The notes under the pieces are model-generated. The model saw only the letters and a list, made by a program, of their open reading frames with translations, was not told the origin of the DNA and did not search any database. Both the position numbers and the translations under genes were made by a program. From the NCBI GenBank assembly GCA_000438075.1, contig FR903546.1, positions 82,996-146,995 on the forward strand: a stretch of DNA of 64,000 nt, written 5' to 3'. Origin of the DNA: Clostridium sp. CAG:609. GTDB lineage: Bacteria > Bacillota_I > Bacilli_A > RF39 > UBA660. Position 1 is the first letter of the stretch; each line of letters starts with the position of its first letter. This document shows positions 31,374 through 41,398 of this stretch, one piece after another.

Positions 31374-32261
31374 ATGCAAAAAATATTAGAGTGTCAAAAC
31401 TTATGTAAGAGTTTTGGAAAAAAACAAATTTTAAAAGATGTTTCATTTGAGATTGATGAAAAAGATATACTTGCCTTTATTGGTCCGAATGGTTCTGGTA
31501 AAACTACCACGATAAAATTAATACTTGGTTTACAAAATATTGATAGTGGTTCTGTTAAAATTAATGGATATGATGTTGAAAAAGACTTTGTTAAATCAAT
31601 TGAAAAAGTCGGAGCTATTGTTGAAAATCCCGATACATATATGTATCTAAGTGGTTGGCAAAATTTAAAACTAGTTGCAAACCTATATAAAGGAGTAACT
31701 GATGATGATTTAAAAACTATAGTTCAAACTGTAGGTCTTGAAAATCGTATTCATGATAAAGTAAGTAAATACTCATTAGGTATGCGTCAAAGACTTGGTA
31801 TAGCTAGAGCCTTAATAAATAAACCTAATTTATTAGTTTTAGATGAACCCACAAATGGATTAGACCCTGAAGGAATCAAAGACTTAAGAATACTTTTAAA
31901 AAGATTAGCTAAAGAAGGAATGGGTGTCTTAATATCAAGTCATAACCTAGCAGAACTAGAAAGCTTTTGTAACAAAGTATTAATCATTGATAATGGAGTT
32001 ATCTTAGAAAAAAGTGAAGTTAAGAAATTTAAAGATAATAATAATAAATATTTATTCAAGGTAGATAATACTAAAAATATAAAACTTGATGGAATGTATG
32101 AAGTTACTAAAACTACATTTTGCATTAATGGAGAAAAAGAGAGTATTGCAAGTATCATTAAAACATTAGTTAATGAAGATATAAAAATATATGAAGTAAC
32201 ATTAACTGAACTTACTTTGGAAGAAGCATTCTTAAAGAAAACCGGAGGTATGAAAAAGTGA
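31374..32261 (+). CDS. ABC transporter ATP-binding protein (ABC-2 type)
   Basis: Walker A GPNGSGKTT, signature YSLGMRQR, Walker B LLVLDEPTNGLD. Confidence 0.9.
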   Translation: MQKILECQNLCKSFGKKQILKDVSFEIDEKDILAFIGPNGSGKTTTIKLILGLQNIDSGSVKINGYDVEKDFVKSIEKVGAIVENPDTYMYLSGWQNLKLVANLYKGVTDDDLKTIVQTVGLENRIHDKVSKYSLGMRQRLGIARALINKPNLLVLDEPTNGLDPEGIKDLRILLKRLAKEGMGVLISSHNLAELESFCNKVLIIDNGVILEKSEVKKFKDNNNKYLFKVDNTKNIKLDGMYEVTKTTFCINGEKESIASIIKTLVNEDIKIYEVTLTELTLEEAFLKKTGGMKK

Positions 32262-33613
32262 TAAAGCTAATTAAAAATGAAATAACTAAATTACTACATA
32301 AAAAAAGTATTTATATAGTTTTAATAATAACAGCAATGTTTATGGTTTTAGTATCATTTATAAATTCAAAAGACGCAAGTTACTCTTATGATCCATCAGT
32401 TTATTATGATCCATCTGATCCAGATCCAGTAGCCAAGGAAATGAATGAATACTATAAAAAATATAAATCAAGTGATTGGCAAGCATATAAATTAGATGAT
32501 TTTTATCTGGTAGCAAGTTCTTATTATAATGAAAAGAATAATGAAGAATACAAATTAGAATATGAAAAATATAAAGAAGCCTTTAAAAATAATGATTGGA
32601 AATACTTTGTAAATACTGATTTAGCGAAAGGAAAAAATGACTTAGAAATATTAAAGACTGGTCTTTTGGATAAAAATTTATCTAAAAAAGAAGTTAGAAA
32701 CTTAAAAGCATCAATTTTTCAAAAAGAAACAGAAATTGAAATGCTTGAATATCGCTTGAAAGAAAATGTTACATATGGAAGTGATTATCTAAATCAAGCA
32801 ATATCATCAATTAATAATGCTTCATATGGCAAATATTTTTATGAAAATGTTGATCCTAAAAATAGTGATTACCAACAAAATGTAAAAACATATTATGAAA
32901 GTAAGTATATTTTAGATACAAAAGAGGATACTAATAATATACAAGATTTAAGATCAAGTTTGATGCATTTCTTTGATAATTATATTTTCTTGATTTTAGT
33001 TTTTGGAGTAATGATAGCAGGTTCAATTGTAAGTGAAGAATATAACAAAGGAACAATAAAATCTTTACTTATAACCCCATACAAGAGAAATACAATCCTC
33101 TTATCTAAATTTATAACTGTACTTATAATGTTACTTCTATTTGTAATTGTTGCATACTTTATGGATTTTATAATCGGAGGATGTTTCCTAGGTTTTCAAT
33201 CAATTACAAATCATGTTGTAACATATAACTTTAGTACGAATACCTTAGAAATAATGGGATTATTTAAATACATATTAATTAAAACTATGGCTATATTACC
33301 TGAAATAATATTACTAATAACATTAGCATTCGCAGTATCAACTATAATTGGTAACACAGCATTTGCAATAGTAATAACATTTGCAGGTTTCATTGCATCA
33401 TCAATAATTAATATGCTTGCAGTTTATTATAAAATAGAGATATTAAAATATTTTGTAACAACCAATTGGAACTTCAATGAATATTTATTCGGAGCTACTA
33501 GTCAGTACGGCACAAGCTTTACTCACGCAGTAATTGTTTGCATAATATATTTCTTAATCATGGTCATTACTTCATTTATTGTATTTAAACGTAAAAATAT
33601 TAAAAATGTGTAA
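32258..33613 (+). CDS. ABC-2 type transporter permease with a large extracytoplasmic loop
   Basis: N-terminal TM, a ~210-aa soluble region, then five hydrophobic segments. GTGA overlap with the ATPase gene. Confidence 0.7.
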   Translation: MIKLIKNEITKLLHKKSIYIVLIITAMFMVLVSFINSKDASYSYDPSVYYDPSDPDPVAKEMNEYYKKYKSSDWQAYKLDDFYLVASSYYNEKNNEEYKLEYEKYKEAFKNNDWKYFVNTDLAKGKNDLEILKTGLLDKNLSKKEVRNLKASIFQKETEIEMLEYRLKENVTYGSDYLNQAISSINNASYGKYFYENVDPKNSDYQQNVKTYYESKYILDTKEDTNNIQDLRSSLMHFFDNYIFLILVFGVMIAGSIVSEEYNKGTIKSLLITPYKRNTILLSKFITVLIMLLLFVIVAYFMDFIIGGCFLGFQSITNHVVTYNFSTNTLEIMGLFKYILIKTMAILPEIILLITLAFAVSTIIGNTAFAIVITFAGFIASSIINMLAVYYKIEILKYFVTTNWNFNEYLFGATSQYGTSFTHAVIVCIIYFLIMVITSFIVFKRKNIKNV

Positions 33614-33624
33614 GGACTGATAAA

Positions 33625-34773
33625 ATGATAACAAAAAAGAAAACTGGATTAATTATAATAATATTATTAAGTATAATTTTTCTCATTTTCTTTTTTCTTT
33701 TGAAAAAAACATATGCATACAATGATGTTGAAAATAATGATGTAAACAAATATATTGAAAGTGTAGCATCTTTAGTTGATGAACAAACAATAGGTGAATA
33801 TAAAAATGTTGTAAGTATCGAAGATGATAGATATATCTCAAAATTATTTAATATAAAATCTGGTGAAGAAGTATCCATAGAATCTATTTTAAAAAAAGAA
33901 TATGTTTCTTTATTCTGGGCTAAAGTAAAAGAATTATTATATTTAAAATATCCAAATTTTATTGCTGAAGTACTTGATAAACACAACAAAACCAATGCAT
34001 ATTTTATTAATGATAATGAGCTTATAATTTATTTTTATGATTATGAAATAACACCCGAAGTAAGTGAAGAGTTATTCTTACATGTAAACTATAATGAAAT
34101 AAAAGATTACTTAGATATAACATATAAGTTAGATAAAAAATATCAAAATGAAGATGGTAGAGTAGTTCAAAAAAACAAAAAACATATCGCTATTACTTTT
34201 GATGACGGACCATGTATCTACACAAATGATTTAATAAATACTTTAAAAGATAATAAAGCATCATCAACATTTTTTATTCTAGGTAAAAATATTGAGTACT
34301 ACAAAGATACAATCAGATACATGAATGAATCAAAAATGGAAATTGGGTATCATTCATATAATCATAAAAATTTTAAAAGACAAAAATTAGAAGTAATAAA
34401 AGATGAATTTAATAAATCAAATAAAGCATTATATAACATAACTGGTGAAGTATTCCATTTAATTAGACCTCCATACGGAGAAATAAATAAAAATATTAAA
34501 AATAATCTAGATGCATCATTTATCTTATGGGATGTTGATACCCTAGATTGGAGATACAAGGATGTAGATTATTTAGTTAATTACACTTTGGAAAATATAA
34601 CTGATAAAGATATAATTTTATTTCACGATATTCATAAAACTAGTATTTCAGCAATTGAAAAATTATTACCATTATTATATATAAATGGATATCAAGTCTT
34701 AACTGTATCAGATTTAGCTAAAACTAGTAAAGTAACTTTAGAAAATCATAAATCATATCGTAACTTTAAATAA
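33625..34773 (+). CDS. polysaccharide deacetylase (NodB domain), membrane anchored
   Basis: NodB motifs TFDDGP, HSYNH and RPPYG. Confidence 0.88.
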   Translation: MITKKKTGLIIIILLSIIFLIFFFLLKKTYAYNDVENNDVNKYIESVASLVDEQTIGEYKNVVSIEDDRYISKLFNIKSGEEVSIESILKKEYVSLFWAKVKELLYLKYPNFIAEVLDKHNKTNAYFINDNELIIYFYDYEITPEVSEELFLHVNYNEIKDYLDITYKLDKKYQNEDGRVVQKNKKHIAITFDDGPCIYTNDLINTLKDNKASSTFFILGKNIEYYKDTIRYMNESKMEIGYHSYNHKNFKRQKLEVIKDEFNKSNKALYNITGEVFHLIRPPYGEINKNIKNNLDASFILWDVDTLDWRYKDVDYLVNYTLENITDKDIILFHDIHKTSISAIEKLLPLLYINGYQVLTVSDLAKTSKVTLENHKSYRNFK

Positions 34774-35143
34774 GACCGACATCAAGATCATTATCTTTTC
34801 GAACAATTTCATTTATTAAATAAATACTACCCCCAATCAAAAATAGTAGGGCAGCAATAAGCTGAATAAATGTTGAACGATAATTATCATTATTAAAATT
34901 GCGTTCCATATTACTTAAATCTTCAGTTAAAAGTAAAACAAAATATAAGTAAATAAAGAAAGTAACAAAAAATATACTTATATTAATATATTTTTCATTT
35001 TTATAGGCACCATTATCATGTTTAAGTAAAAAGTCTCTATCTAATTTATTTGAATACAAAGCAAAAACAACAATAAAAAAGTAAATTATCCATATAATAT
35101 CTTCATTTCTTAATCGTTTTAACCTTCTACTTATATCATTCAT
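34766..35143 (-). CDS. small membrane protein, unknown function
   Basis: Three hydrophobic segments. Confidence 0.45.
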   Translation of the reverse strand: MNDISRRLKRLRNEDIIWIIYFFIVVFALYSNKLDRDFLLKHDNGAYKNEKYINISIFFVTFFIYLYFVLLLTEDLSNMERNFNNDNYRSTFIQLIAALLFLIGGSIYLINEIVRKDNDLDVGLI

Positions 35144-35226
35144 AATATATATTATTAAATAAAAAAAGAATATATCACAAAGGGATAAAATTTTTATATT
35201 TTCATATTGATATATTCTTTTACTTT

Positions 35227-36009
35227 TTATAACACAGTGTTCATATAATTCTTAACGTCATTTATAGGCATATTCAATATTTTTGCGATTTTTTTACAAG
35301 ATAATGATTTACCTAAAGATTGAATCATCTTTACTCTTTCTTTTGTTTCACCTTTGTTTTCAGCAATGGTACAAGCATCAATTAATCTGCTTTTGTCATT
35401 TTTTTTAAATTTAATGACATCTGGGTCATTAACAAAATCTTTTATTACTTCTATTGAACTCATAAACATCTCATCTCCTTCCGCTACTTCTTCCATTTTT
35501 TCATAGCTATTTGCTACAATAAATCTACACCACTGATTTAACCTTTGTTTACGTTTAGTATATTCTTTTTCTGAAGTTTTGTCAAGCCTTATTAATACAA
35601 TATCCATCAAATCATTTAGTAATATTTTTGAAGTGAATTCATTTCTTAGTTGATAATCGTTTAAAAATTCATTGTTTTCTAAAAATTCGTTAGTAATTAG
35701 GTTAATACTTGTTACCTTATTAGCTTTTGAGTATGTTTCTTGTTTCTTTAATTGATGTGAATATAACCATGAAGTATATGCAACAGACTTCTTACATTGT
35801 TCACTTCCAAAGTCATTATAAATTTCTATATTATAGATTTCATTATTTGATAATGTAACTAAAATATCTAAATAATAATCATGTAATGCAACATTGTCAT
35901 TTTGAATATACTTTTGAGGGATTGTGTTAACATATGCCACTTTAAGTGGAGAACCACAATACTCAAGATAAGCATTAACAAAATCTTTAACATATTCTGG
36001 GATAGACAT
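35227..36009 (-). CDS. Rpn/YhgA-like PD-(D/E)XK nuclease family protein (putative transposase family PDDEXK_2); the true start is probably upstream, near 36066
   Basis: DYYLDILV...IYNIEIY core. The in-frame upstream sequence encodes ...LTDDLVFKKI, the family's usual N-terminal motif, but has no ATG/GTG/TTG. Confidence 0.55.
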   Translation of the reverse strand: MSIPEYVKDFVNAYLEYCGSPLKVAYVNTIPQKYIQNDNVALHDYYLDILVTLSNNEIYNIEIYNDFGSEQCKKSVAYTSWLYSHQLKKQETYSKANKVTSINLITNEFLENNEFLNDYQLRNEFTSKILLNDLMDIVLIRLDKTSEKEYTKRKQRLNQWCRFIVANSYEKMEEVAEGDEMFMSSIEVIKDFVNDPDVIKFKKNDKSRLIDACTIAENKGETKERVKMIQSLGKSLSCKKIAKILNMPINDVKNYMNTVL

Positions 36010-36295
36010 AATTTTTTTAAAAACTAAATCATCAGTTAAATTTAAAAAGTTTAATTTTGTTTCTATATTATTTACCTCCTTTTATTTTATTTAATTTTTA
36101 TCCCTTTCACTATATATATTTCTTTTTTGTTGTCATTTTTTGAAAAATTTTTTGCAGAAATAGTGATTTTTCCCAGAAGTCTGGGATAAAATATTTTTTT
36201 AGTGGTTAAAAATGTAGTGTAAAATAATGTAAATAAAGTAAAATAAATGAAAAGAAAAAACTACAATTTACACAAAATTTACGTAAAAAAATATC

Positions 36296-36324
36296 TTGAA
36301 ATATACTATTAAATACTTTATAAT
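36296..36324 (+). promoter_or_regulatory. sigma-A promoter of the pilin gene
   Basis: TTGAAA, a 17-nt spacer, then TATAAT. Confidence 0.5.
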
Positions 36325-36351
36325 TAAATAGTAGAGTAAGTGGAGGGAAAA

Positions 36352-38322
36352 ATGAAAAATAAGGGTTTTACTTTAGTGGAATTAATTGCAGTTATTGTAA
36401 TAATTGCCCTAGTACTAGCATTAACAACAGGTATATTTATAGGTGTACGAAAAAATATTTTAGAACAAGTATATGAAAACACTATAAACGACATCTTAAC
36501 AAAAGCAGAAAGTTATGCCAAAGAAACAGGTATTACTGGAACAATTGATATAAACGTTGATTTTTTAATTAAAAATGGGTATCTAAAAGCAGATGATGAT
36601 AAATATATATATGATCCAAGAAATAAAGATAATAAATTAAACTGTTATATGATTCACATTATCTTAAAAGACCAAGAATATGAAGCAACACTTCTAGATA
36701 AAAAAGAAAACAAAGATGGAACATGTAATGAAAATAGTTTTAATACTAGTGAAGTAAATATTTTTTGTAAGATGGATAATGAAGAAAATTTCCATGAGTG
36801 TAATGGCTGGTACAATAACAATTTAACATTAAAAATAGTAAGTAATAACAATAAAATTACTGAAGAAGACATAAAGATGAGTGAAGTTGAATATTCAAGC
36901 TTAAACGGTTATTATGAACTATTAAAAAAAGATTCATCAAAAGAAATAACAGTTAAAACTGATACAGTAGTTGATACAATATATACAGCTCTTGTTAAAA
37001 TAAATGATAAAAACTACACAGTAAGTCAAAAAATTAGTGTTGATAAAGAAAATCCAATTATTATATCTAAAAAACTAGATGTAGTATATAACAAAGGACA
37101 AGAATTAAAACTTAACACAACAGATTTAAGTGGATCAGGTATAAAAGGTTATCAATTAACAAAAACTGAATGCCCAAAAGATAACTATAGCAAAAATCCA
37201 ATTAAAATCACATCAAGTGGTAAATTTAATTTATGTGCAATGGATAACGTAGGTAACATAACAAAACAAGAAGTAAATATTAGTAAAATAACATTTAACT
37301 ATAATAATGTATCAAGTACAGATATCATTACAAAATCAATTTACTACATGAAAGAAGATTGTGAATATCCGCTTTTAACACCAGTACGTAATGGTTACTT
37401 ATTTGATTATTGGGAAAACCTTGAAGGTAATAGAGTGTATGATTTAAAAACAATTAAAGATGATGAAGTAGTAAATGCTAAATGGAATATCTTAGATGTT
37501 GATACCAAAGCTGATAGAATTGACAAAGGAACTATCGGCGTAAAAATTGAAAACAGAGTAAATCTCATATTAGTATTAGACATATCAGGAAGTATGTCAT
37601 CAAATTCCAGACTAACAAACTTAAAAGAAGTTTCAAACAATTTAATTGATAGTATGTCTTTTGATGTAGGTTCAACAATTTCTGTAATATCATTTGATGA
37701 TACAGCAACAACACTTTTAACAAAAGGAACAGACCCTGCAACAGCAAAAAGCATTATCAATGGTCTATCAACAAAAGGAAGTACCTCATTTAATAGTGGT
37801 CTAACCAATGCAAATAATTTAATCACAAATTATCTAGCTGGTGAAGATAATATATTTGTAATATTTGTAAGTGATGGATATGATAACTCAGGTTACTCAC
37901 CAAGCATTGGTAAAGAAGTAAAAGAAAAAGCTAAAACAGTATATTCGATTGGAATTGGTAGTGATGTTTCAACTCATGATTTAATTGATATTGCTTCCCC
38001 TAATTGTTACTTTAATGCAAGTGAAGGTCTTGAAAGTCTAAAAGAAATATTTACTAAAATTCAAGAAGAAATTCGAGAAGAGGTTACATACAGATCTAAA
38101 AATGGTTTGATACCACTACCTAATTTATATGTAGATGAAAATAATAAATTTGCTTTATTCGTAAATAACGAAGAACATGTATTTTCAAGTATGGATGAAA
38201 TCAGAGAAATATTAACAATCAACGAAGGAATCTATAACCTTGACTTAGTTAAAATTGATAATAAATATAAATTAAATGGTAACTTAAAAAGTATTGAGTT
38301 TACATATTATTACAATAAATAG
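36352..38322 (+). CDS. modular type IV pilin / pseudopilin with a C-terminal von Willebrand factor A domain
   Basis: Class III signal MKNKG|FTLVELIAVIVIIALV with Glu5. A Listeria-Bacteroides type repeat (NGYLFDYWEN...NAKW). A vWA MIDAS motif LDISGSMSS with downstream GSTSF and VSDG. Confidence 0.85.
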   Translation: MKNKGFTLVELIAVIVIIALVLALTTGIFIGVRKNILEQVYENTINDILTKAESYAKETGITGTIDINVDFLIKNGYLKADDDKYIYDPRNKDNKLNCYMIHIILKDQEYEATLLDKKENKDGTCNENSFNTSEVNIFCKMDNEENFHECNGWYNNNLTLKIVSNNNKITEEDIKMSEVEYSSLNGYYELLKKDSSKEITVKTDTVVDTIYTALVKINDKNYTVSQKISVDKENPIIISKKLDVVYNKGQELKLNTTDLSGSGIKGYQLTKTECPKDNYSKNPIKITSSGKFNLCAMDNVGNITKQEVNISKITFNYNNVSSTDIITKSIYYMKEDCEYPLLTPVRNGYLFDYWENLEGNRVYDLKTIKDDEVVNAKWNILDVDTKADRIDKGTIGVKIENRVNLILVLDISGSMSSNSRLTNLKEVSNNLIDSMSFDVGSTISVISFDDTATTLLTKGTDPATAKSIINGLSTKGSTSFNSGLTNANNLITNYLAGEDNIFVIFVSDGYDNSGYSPSIGKEVKEKAKTVYSIGIGSDVSTHDLIDIASPNCYFNASEGLESLKEIFTKIQEEIREEVTYRSKNGLIPLPNLYVDENNKFALFVNNEEHVFSSMDEIREILTINEGIYNLDLVKIDNKYKLNGNLKSIEFTYYYNK

Positions 38323-38426
38323 TACCAAAAACATAGGAAGGACTCCCAAACGGAGCTTTTTTCCAAAAATGTTGTTGTGTTAATGAAAAATACATGATAT
38401 ACTTTTAAGTGAAATTCGGAGGATAT

Positions 38427-39209
38427 ATGAAAAAAAGAATAATTAGTGCAATAGTTGCTTTATTAATAGTAGTACCCCTTATAATAATGGGCGGTATTTA
38501 TTTTGAAATAGGTCTATGTCTAATCGCAGCCTTAGCTTATAAAGAAATAATTGATTTACCAAAATCACACGGAGAAATACCTAATTTAATGATTGGCTTA
38601 AGTCTTGTATTAATGCTTATATTAAGTAATTATAGTATGATGGATTTAGGAAATGGCTATGATTATTCACTTATAGCTTTGATATTACTTGCAATGTTAA
38701 TACCTTTAGTATTTTATAAAAATGATACTTATAAAAGTAGTGATGCATTCTATTTAATAGGTATGAGTTTCTTACTTGGTATAGCATTTAATACGTTCCT
38801 AATAATAAGAAGTGAATCAGTATATTTACTAGCATGGATATTATTCATTCCAATGTTTAATGATATATTTGCTTACCTAATAGGATCAAAATTTGGCCAT
38901 CACAAAATGTGTAAGGAAATAAGTCCAAACAAAACGTGGGAAGGATCAATCGGTGGTTTACTTGCTGGTAGTCTTATAAGTTTAATTTTTTATAACTTTC
39001 TAATAAGTTCAATTGATATCAAACTAGTAATTATAACAATTATCTTATCAATAGTAGGTCAAATTGGAGACTTAATAATGAGTAAAATTAAAAGAGAAAA
39101 TGGTATCAAAGATTTTTCAAATATCTTGCCAGGTCATGGTGGAATACTTGATAGATTAGATAGTAGTATATTTGTAGTTTTAGCATATGCATTAATGATG
39201 AGTCTATAA
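38427..39209 (+). CDS. cdsA: phosphatidate cytidylyltransferase
   Basis: C-terminal signature SKIKRENGIKDFSNILPGHGGILDRLDS. Confidence 0.92.
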   Translation: MKKRIISAIVALLIVVPLIIMGGIYFEIGLCLIAALAYKEIIDLPKSHGEIPNLMIGLSLVLMLILSNYSMMDLGNGYDYSLIALILLAMLIPLVFYKNDTYKSSDAFYLIGMSFLLGIAFNTFLIIRSESVYLLAWILFIPMFNDIFAYLIGSKFGHHKMCKEISPNKTWEGSIGGLLAGSLISLIFYNFLISSIDIKLVIITIILSIVGQIGDLIMSKIKRENGIKDFSNILPGHGGILDRLDSSIFVVLAYALMMSL

Positions 39210-39222
39210 GGAGGATGACATA

Positions 39223-40275
39223 ATGTGGTTTATTTCAATATTAATATTAATTTTTATATTAGGCATTATAATACTTGTTCATGAATTTGGACATTTTATC
39301 TGGGCTAAAAAGTTTGGTGTTCATATTTATGAGTTTTCAATAGGTATGGGTCCAGTTATTCATACTCATAAGGGTAAAGATAAAATAAATTATAATATCA
39401 GAGCATTCCCAATTGGTGGTTTTGTATCAATGGCTGGAGAAGTTTATGAAGATGCTGATGGTTCAGTAAAAAAAGAAGATTATATGTGTAATAAACCTTG
39501 GTGGCAAAGAATTATAATATTGGTAGCAGGTGTAGTAAATAACTTCATATTAGCAATAGTTCTATTATTTATAAGTGCCTTAATCTGGGGAGGAAGTACC
39601 CTTGATGCAAAAGTAAAAAACACAGTTGAGGGTTATCCAATGGCAGAAGCTGGAATTAAATCCGGTGATATCATAACAAGCATCAATGGTAAAAAAGTAA
39701 ATTCCTGGGATGTTGCTCAAATTATATTAGTTATGAAAAATAAAAATGATTACTATACATTCGAAGTAAAACATGAAGATGGTAGCAAAGACACATACAA
39801 AGTTGTACCAAAAGTTGAAAAAGAAGAAAATGGTACAGAAAGACAAGTATTTGGTATTCAAATAGATCAAACCCCATTAACTGGTTTTGTTGGTTCACTA
39901 AAATATGCATTCTTAAAATTTGGTAGTGTAGTAGAATCAATGTGGCTTACAGTAGGTGGCTTAATTACTGGAAAAATTTCAACTAGTGCCTTATCTGGTC
40001 CAGTAGGTATGTATCAAGTAGTTAATGAAGGAGTTGCCCTTGGACTTAATTACATGATTTATATTACAGCATTTTTATCAATCAATGTTGGATTTATAAA
40101 TATTTTACCATTCCCAGCATTTGATGGAGGCAGAGTATTCTTCCTTATTGTTGAAAAAATAAAAGGAAGCCCAATAAATTCAAAATTTGAAAACACATGT
40201 CACATGATTGGTTTTTGTTTATTACTATTATTAATGTTACTAATAACAGCCCAAGATATAATAAGATTATTCTAA
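39223..40275 (+). CDS. rseP: RIP metalloprotease RseP/RasP (site-2 protease, M50)
   Basis: HEFGHF zinc motif, a central PDZ region and NILPFPAFDGG. Confidence 0.92.
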   Translation: MWFISILILIFILGIIILVHEFGHFIWAKKFGVHIYEFSIGMGPVIHTHKGKDKINYNIRAFPIGGFVSMAGEVYEDADGSVKKEDYMCNKPWWQRIIILVAGVVNNFILAIVLLFISALIWGGSTLDAKVKNTVEGYPMAEAGIKSGDIITSINGKKVNSWDVAQIILVMKNKNDYYTFEVKHEDGSKDTYKVVPKVEKEENGTERQVFGIQIDQTPLTGFVGSLKYAFLKFGSVVESMWLTVGGLITGKISTSALSGPVGMYQVVNEGVALGLNYMIYITAFLSINVGFINILPFPAFDGGRVFFLIVEKIKGSPINSKFENTCHMIGFCLLLLLMLLITAQDIIRLF

Positions 40276-40299
40276 AGTTGCAAAATATGCAACTTTTTT
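40275..40299 (+). terminator. rho-independent terminator after rseP
   Basis: aagttgca / tgcaactt stem followed by a T run. Confidence 0.7.
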
Positions 40300-40303
40300 A
40301 ATT

Positions 40304-40330
40304 CATAAAAAAACTGCCTTTAGGCAGTTT
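40304..40330 (-). terminator. rho-independent terminator of the minus-strand gene pair
   Basis: aaactgcc-ttta-ggcagttt hairpin with a T run on the minus strand. Confidence 0.65.
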
Positions 40331-40337
40331 ACAATAA

Positions 40338-40571
40338 TTATGAAGATTTAACTTCTTCAGTAAAACCTTTCAAAGCTTTTAAAAATTCATCATGGTCATT
40401 TAGACCTACAAGAAATTCTTCACCATTAATGATATTAATTTTTCTAATACAAAACGAAGCAACATCATCAGTCTTAGTTAAAAAAACAAACTTTGCATTA
40501 TCAACTACTATTTCTTTAGTAACAATATAATCATTATTATCTTCGAGAGTTATTATTTCAACATCTTCCAT
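40338..40571 (-). CDS. DUF1292 domain protein
   Basis: Small acidic protein with the DNNDYIV...KFVFL pattern, similar to 17929..18192. Confidence 0.6.
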   Translation of the reverse strand: MEDVEIITLEDNNDYIVTKEIVVDNAKFVFLTKTDDVASFCIRKINIINGEEFLVGLNDHDEFLKALKGFTEEVKSS

Positions 40572-41272
40572 TATCTTGCTCCTCCTTGATTTAATTCACT
40601 AAGTAATTCATTTACTTCATCCATATTAACATTACCTTTTGCATACGCTATAAGGACTTTGTTCATTAAGGATTCATAGTCACTAAGTGAAATACTTTTA
40701 CTATCCAAATAATCTTGGAAAGAATTATGCATACAAGCTCTAATTTCATTTTCGGTATATTTACTTGGATCATTAGCTATAAGAGTAGACATATTTTGAA
40801 ATATTTTATCCATATGCTCAATCTTATCATAATCCCCAAGTTTATTATAACAACCATAGATTCTTGTATCAATATCATAATTTTTGTTATTATCCAAAAT
40901 ATCTTTTGATGCACCACCAACATCATACCACCAATAGTATTCACCAGCTTGTTCATTAAAGCCACCATATTCCTTATTAGCAGTAGCAGACTCTCCAAGT
41001 TCAGTCTCTATTCTTTTAACTTCAGCATTTAATTCTTGAGTATTTTTAATAGATTTAGCTCCAACAGTTAAAAGAGAACCAAGTGCTACAAACAATATAG
41101 CTTTTTCAGCCAAATTTTTAACACCTTTAGTTTTTTGAATAGTACGCCTTTTGTTTCTAACCTTAGGTCTATTTACACTCATTTCTTCAGCACTAGATGA
41201 AAAACTCCTTTTTGCAGTACCATCTTGATTAAATAGTGCATTAACAGAATAATCTAATTCATTTACATCCAT
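40571..41272 (-). CDS. hypothetical single-pass membrane protein
   Basis: One TM segment (AILFVALGSLLTVGA). No recognised domain. Confidence 0.5.
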   Translation of the reverse strand: MDVNELDYSVNALFNQDGTAKRSFSSSAEEMSVNRPKVRNKRRTIQKTKGVKNLAEKAILFVALGSLLTVGAKSIKNTQELNAEVKRIETELGESATANKEYGGFNEQAGEYYWWYDVGGASKDILDNNKNYDIDTRIYGCYNKLGDYDKIEHMDKIFQNMSTLIANDPSKYTENEIRACMHNSFQDYLDSKSISLSDYESLMNKVLIAYAKGNVNMDEVNELLSELNQGGAR

Positions 41273-41351
41273 TTTATACCTTCTTCCTATTATAATTTTA
41301 CCCTAAAAAGTGTAACTTGGCAATAAATTTTTTAAAATTTGACAAGTTATA

Positions 41352-41380
41352 TTGCAATGTTTTAGCTAATTTGGTATAAT
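41352..41380 (+). promoter_or_regulatory. sigma-A promoter of the four-gene operon
   Basis: TTGCAA, a 17-nt spacer, then TATAAT with a TG extension, ~20 nt before GTG 41399. Confidence 0.55.
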
Positions 41381-41398
41381 TTATGAAGAATAGGTTAG

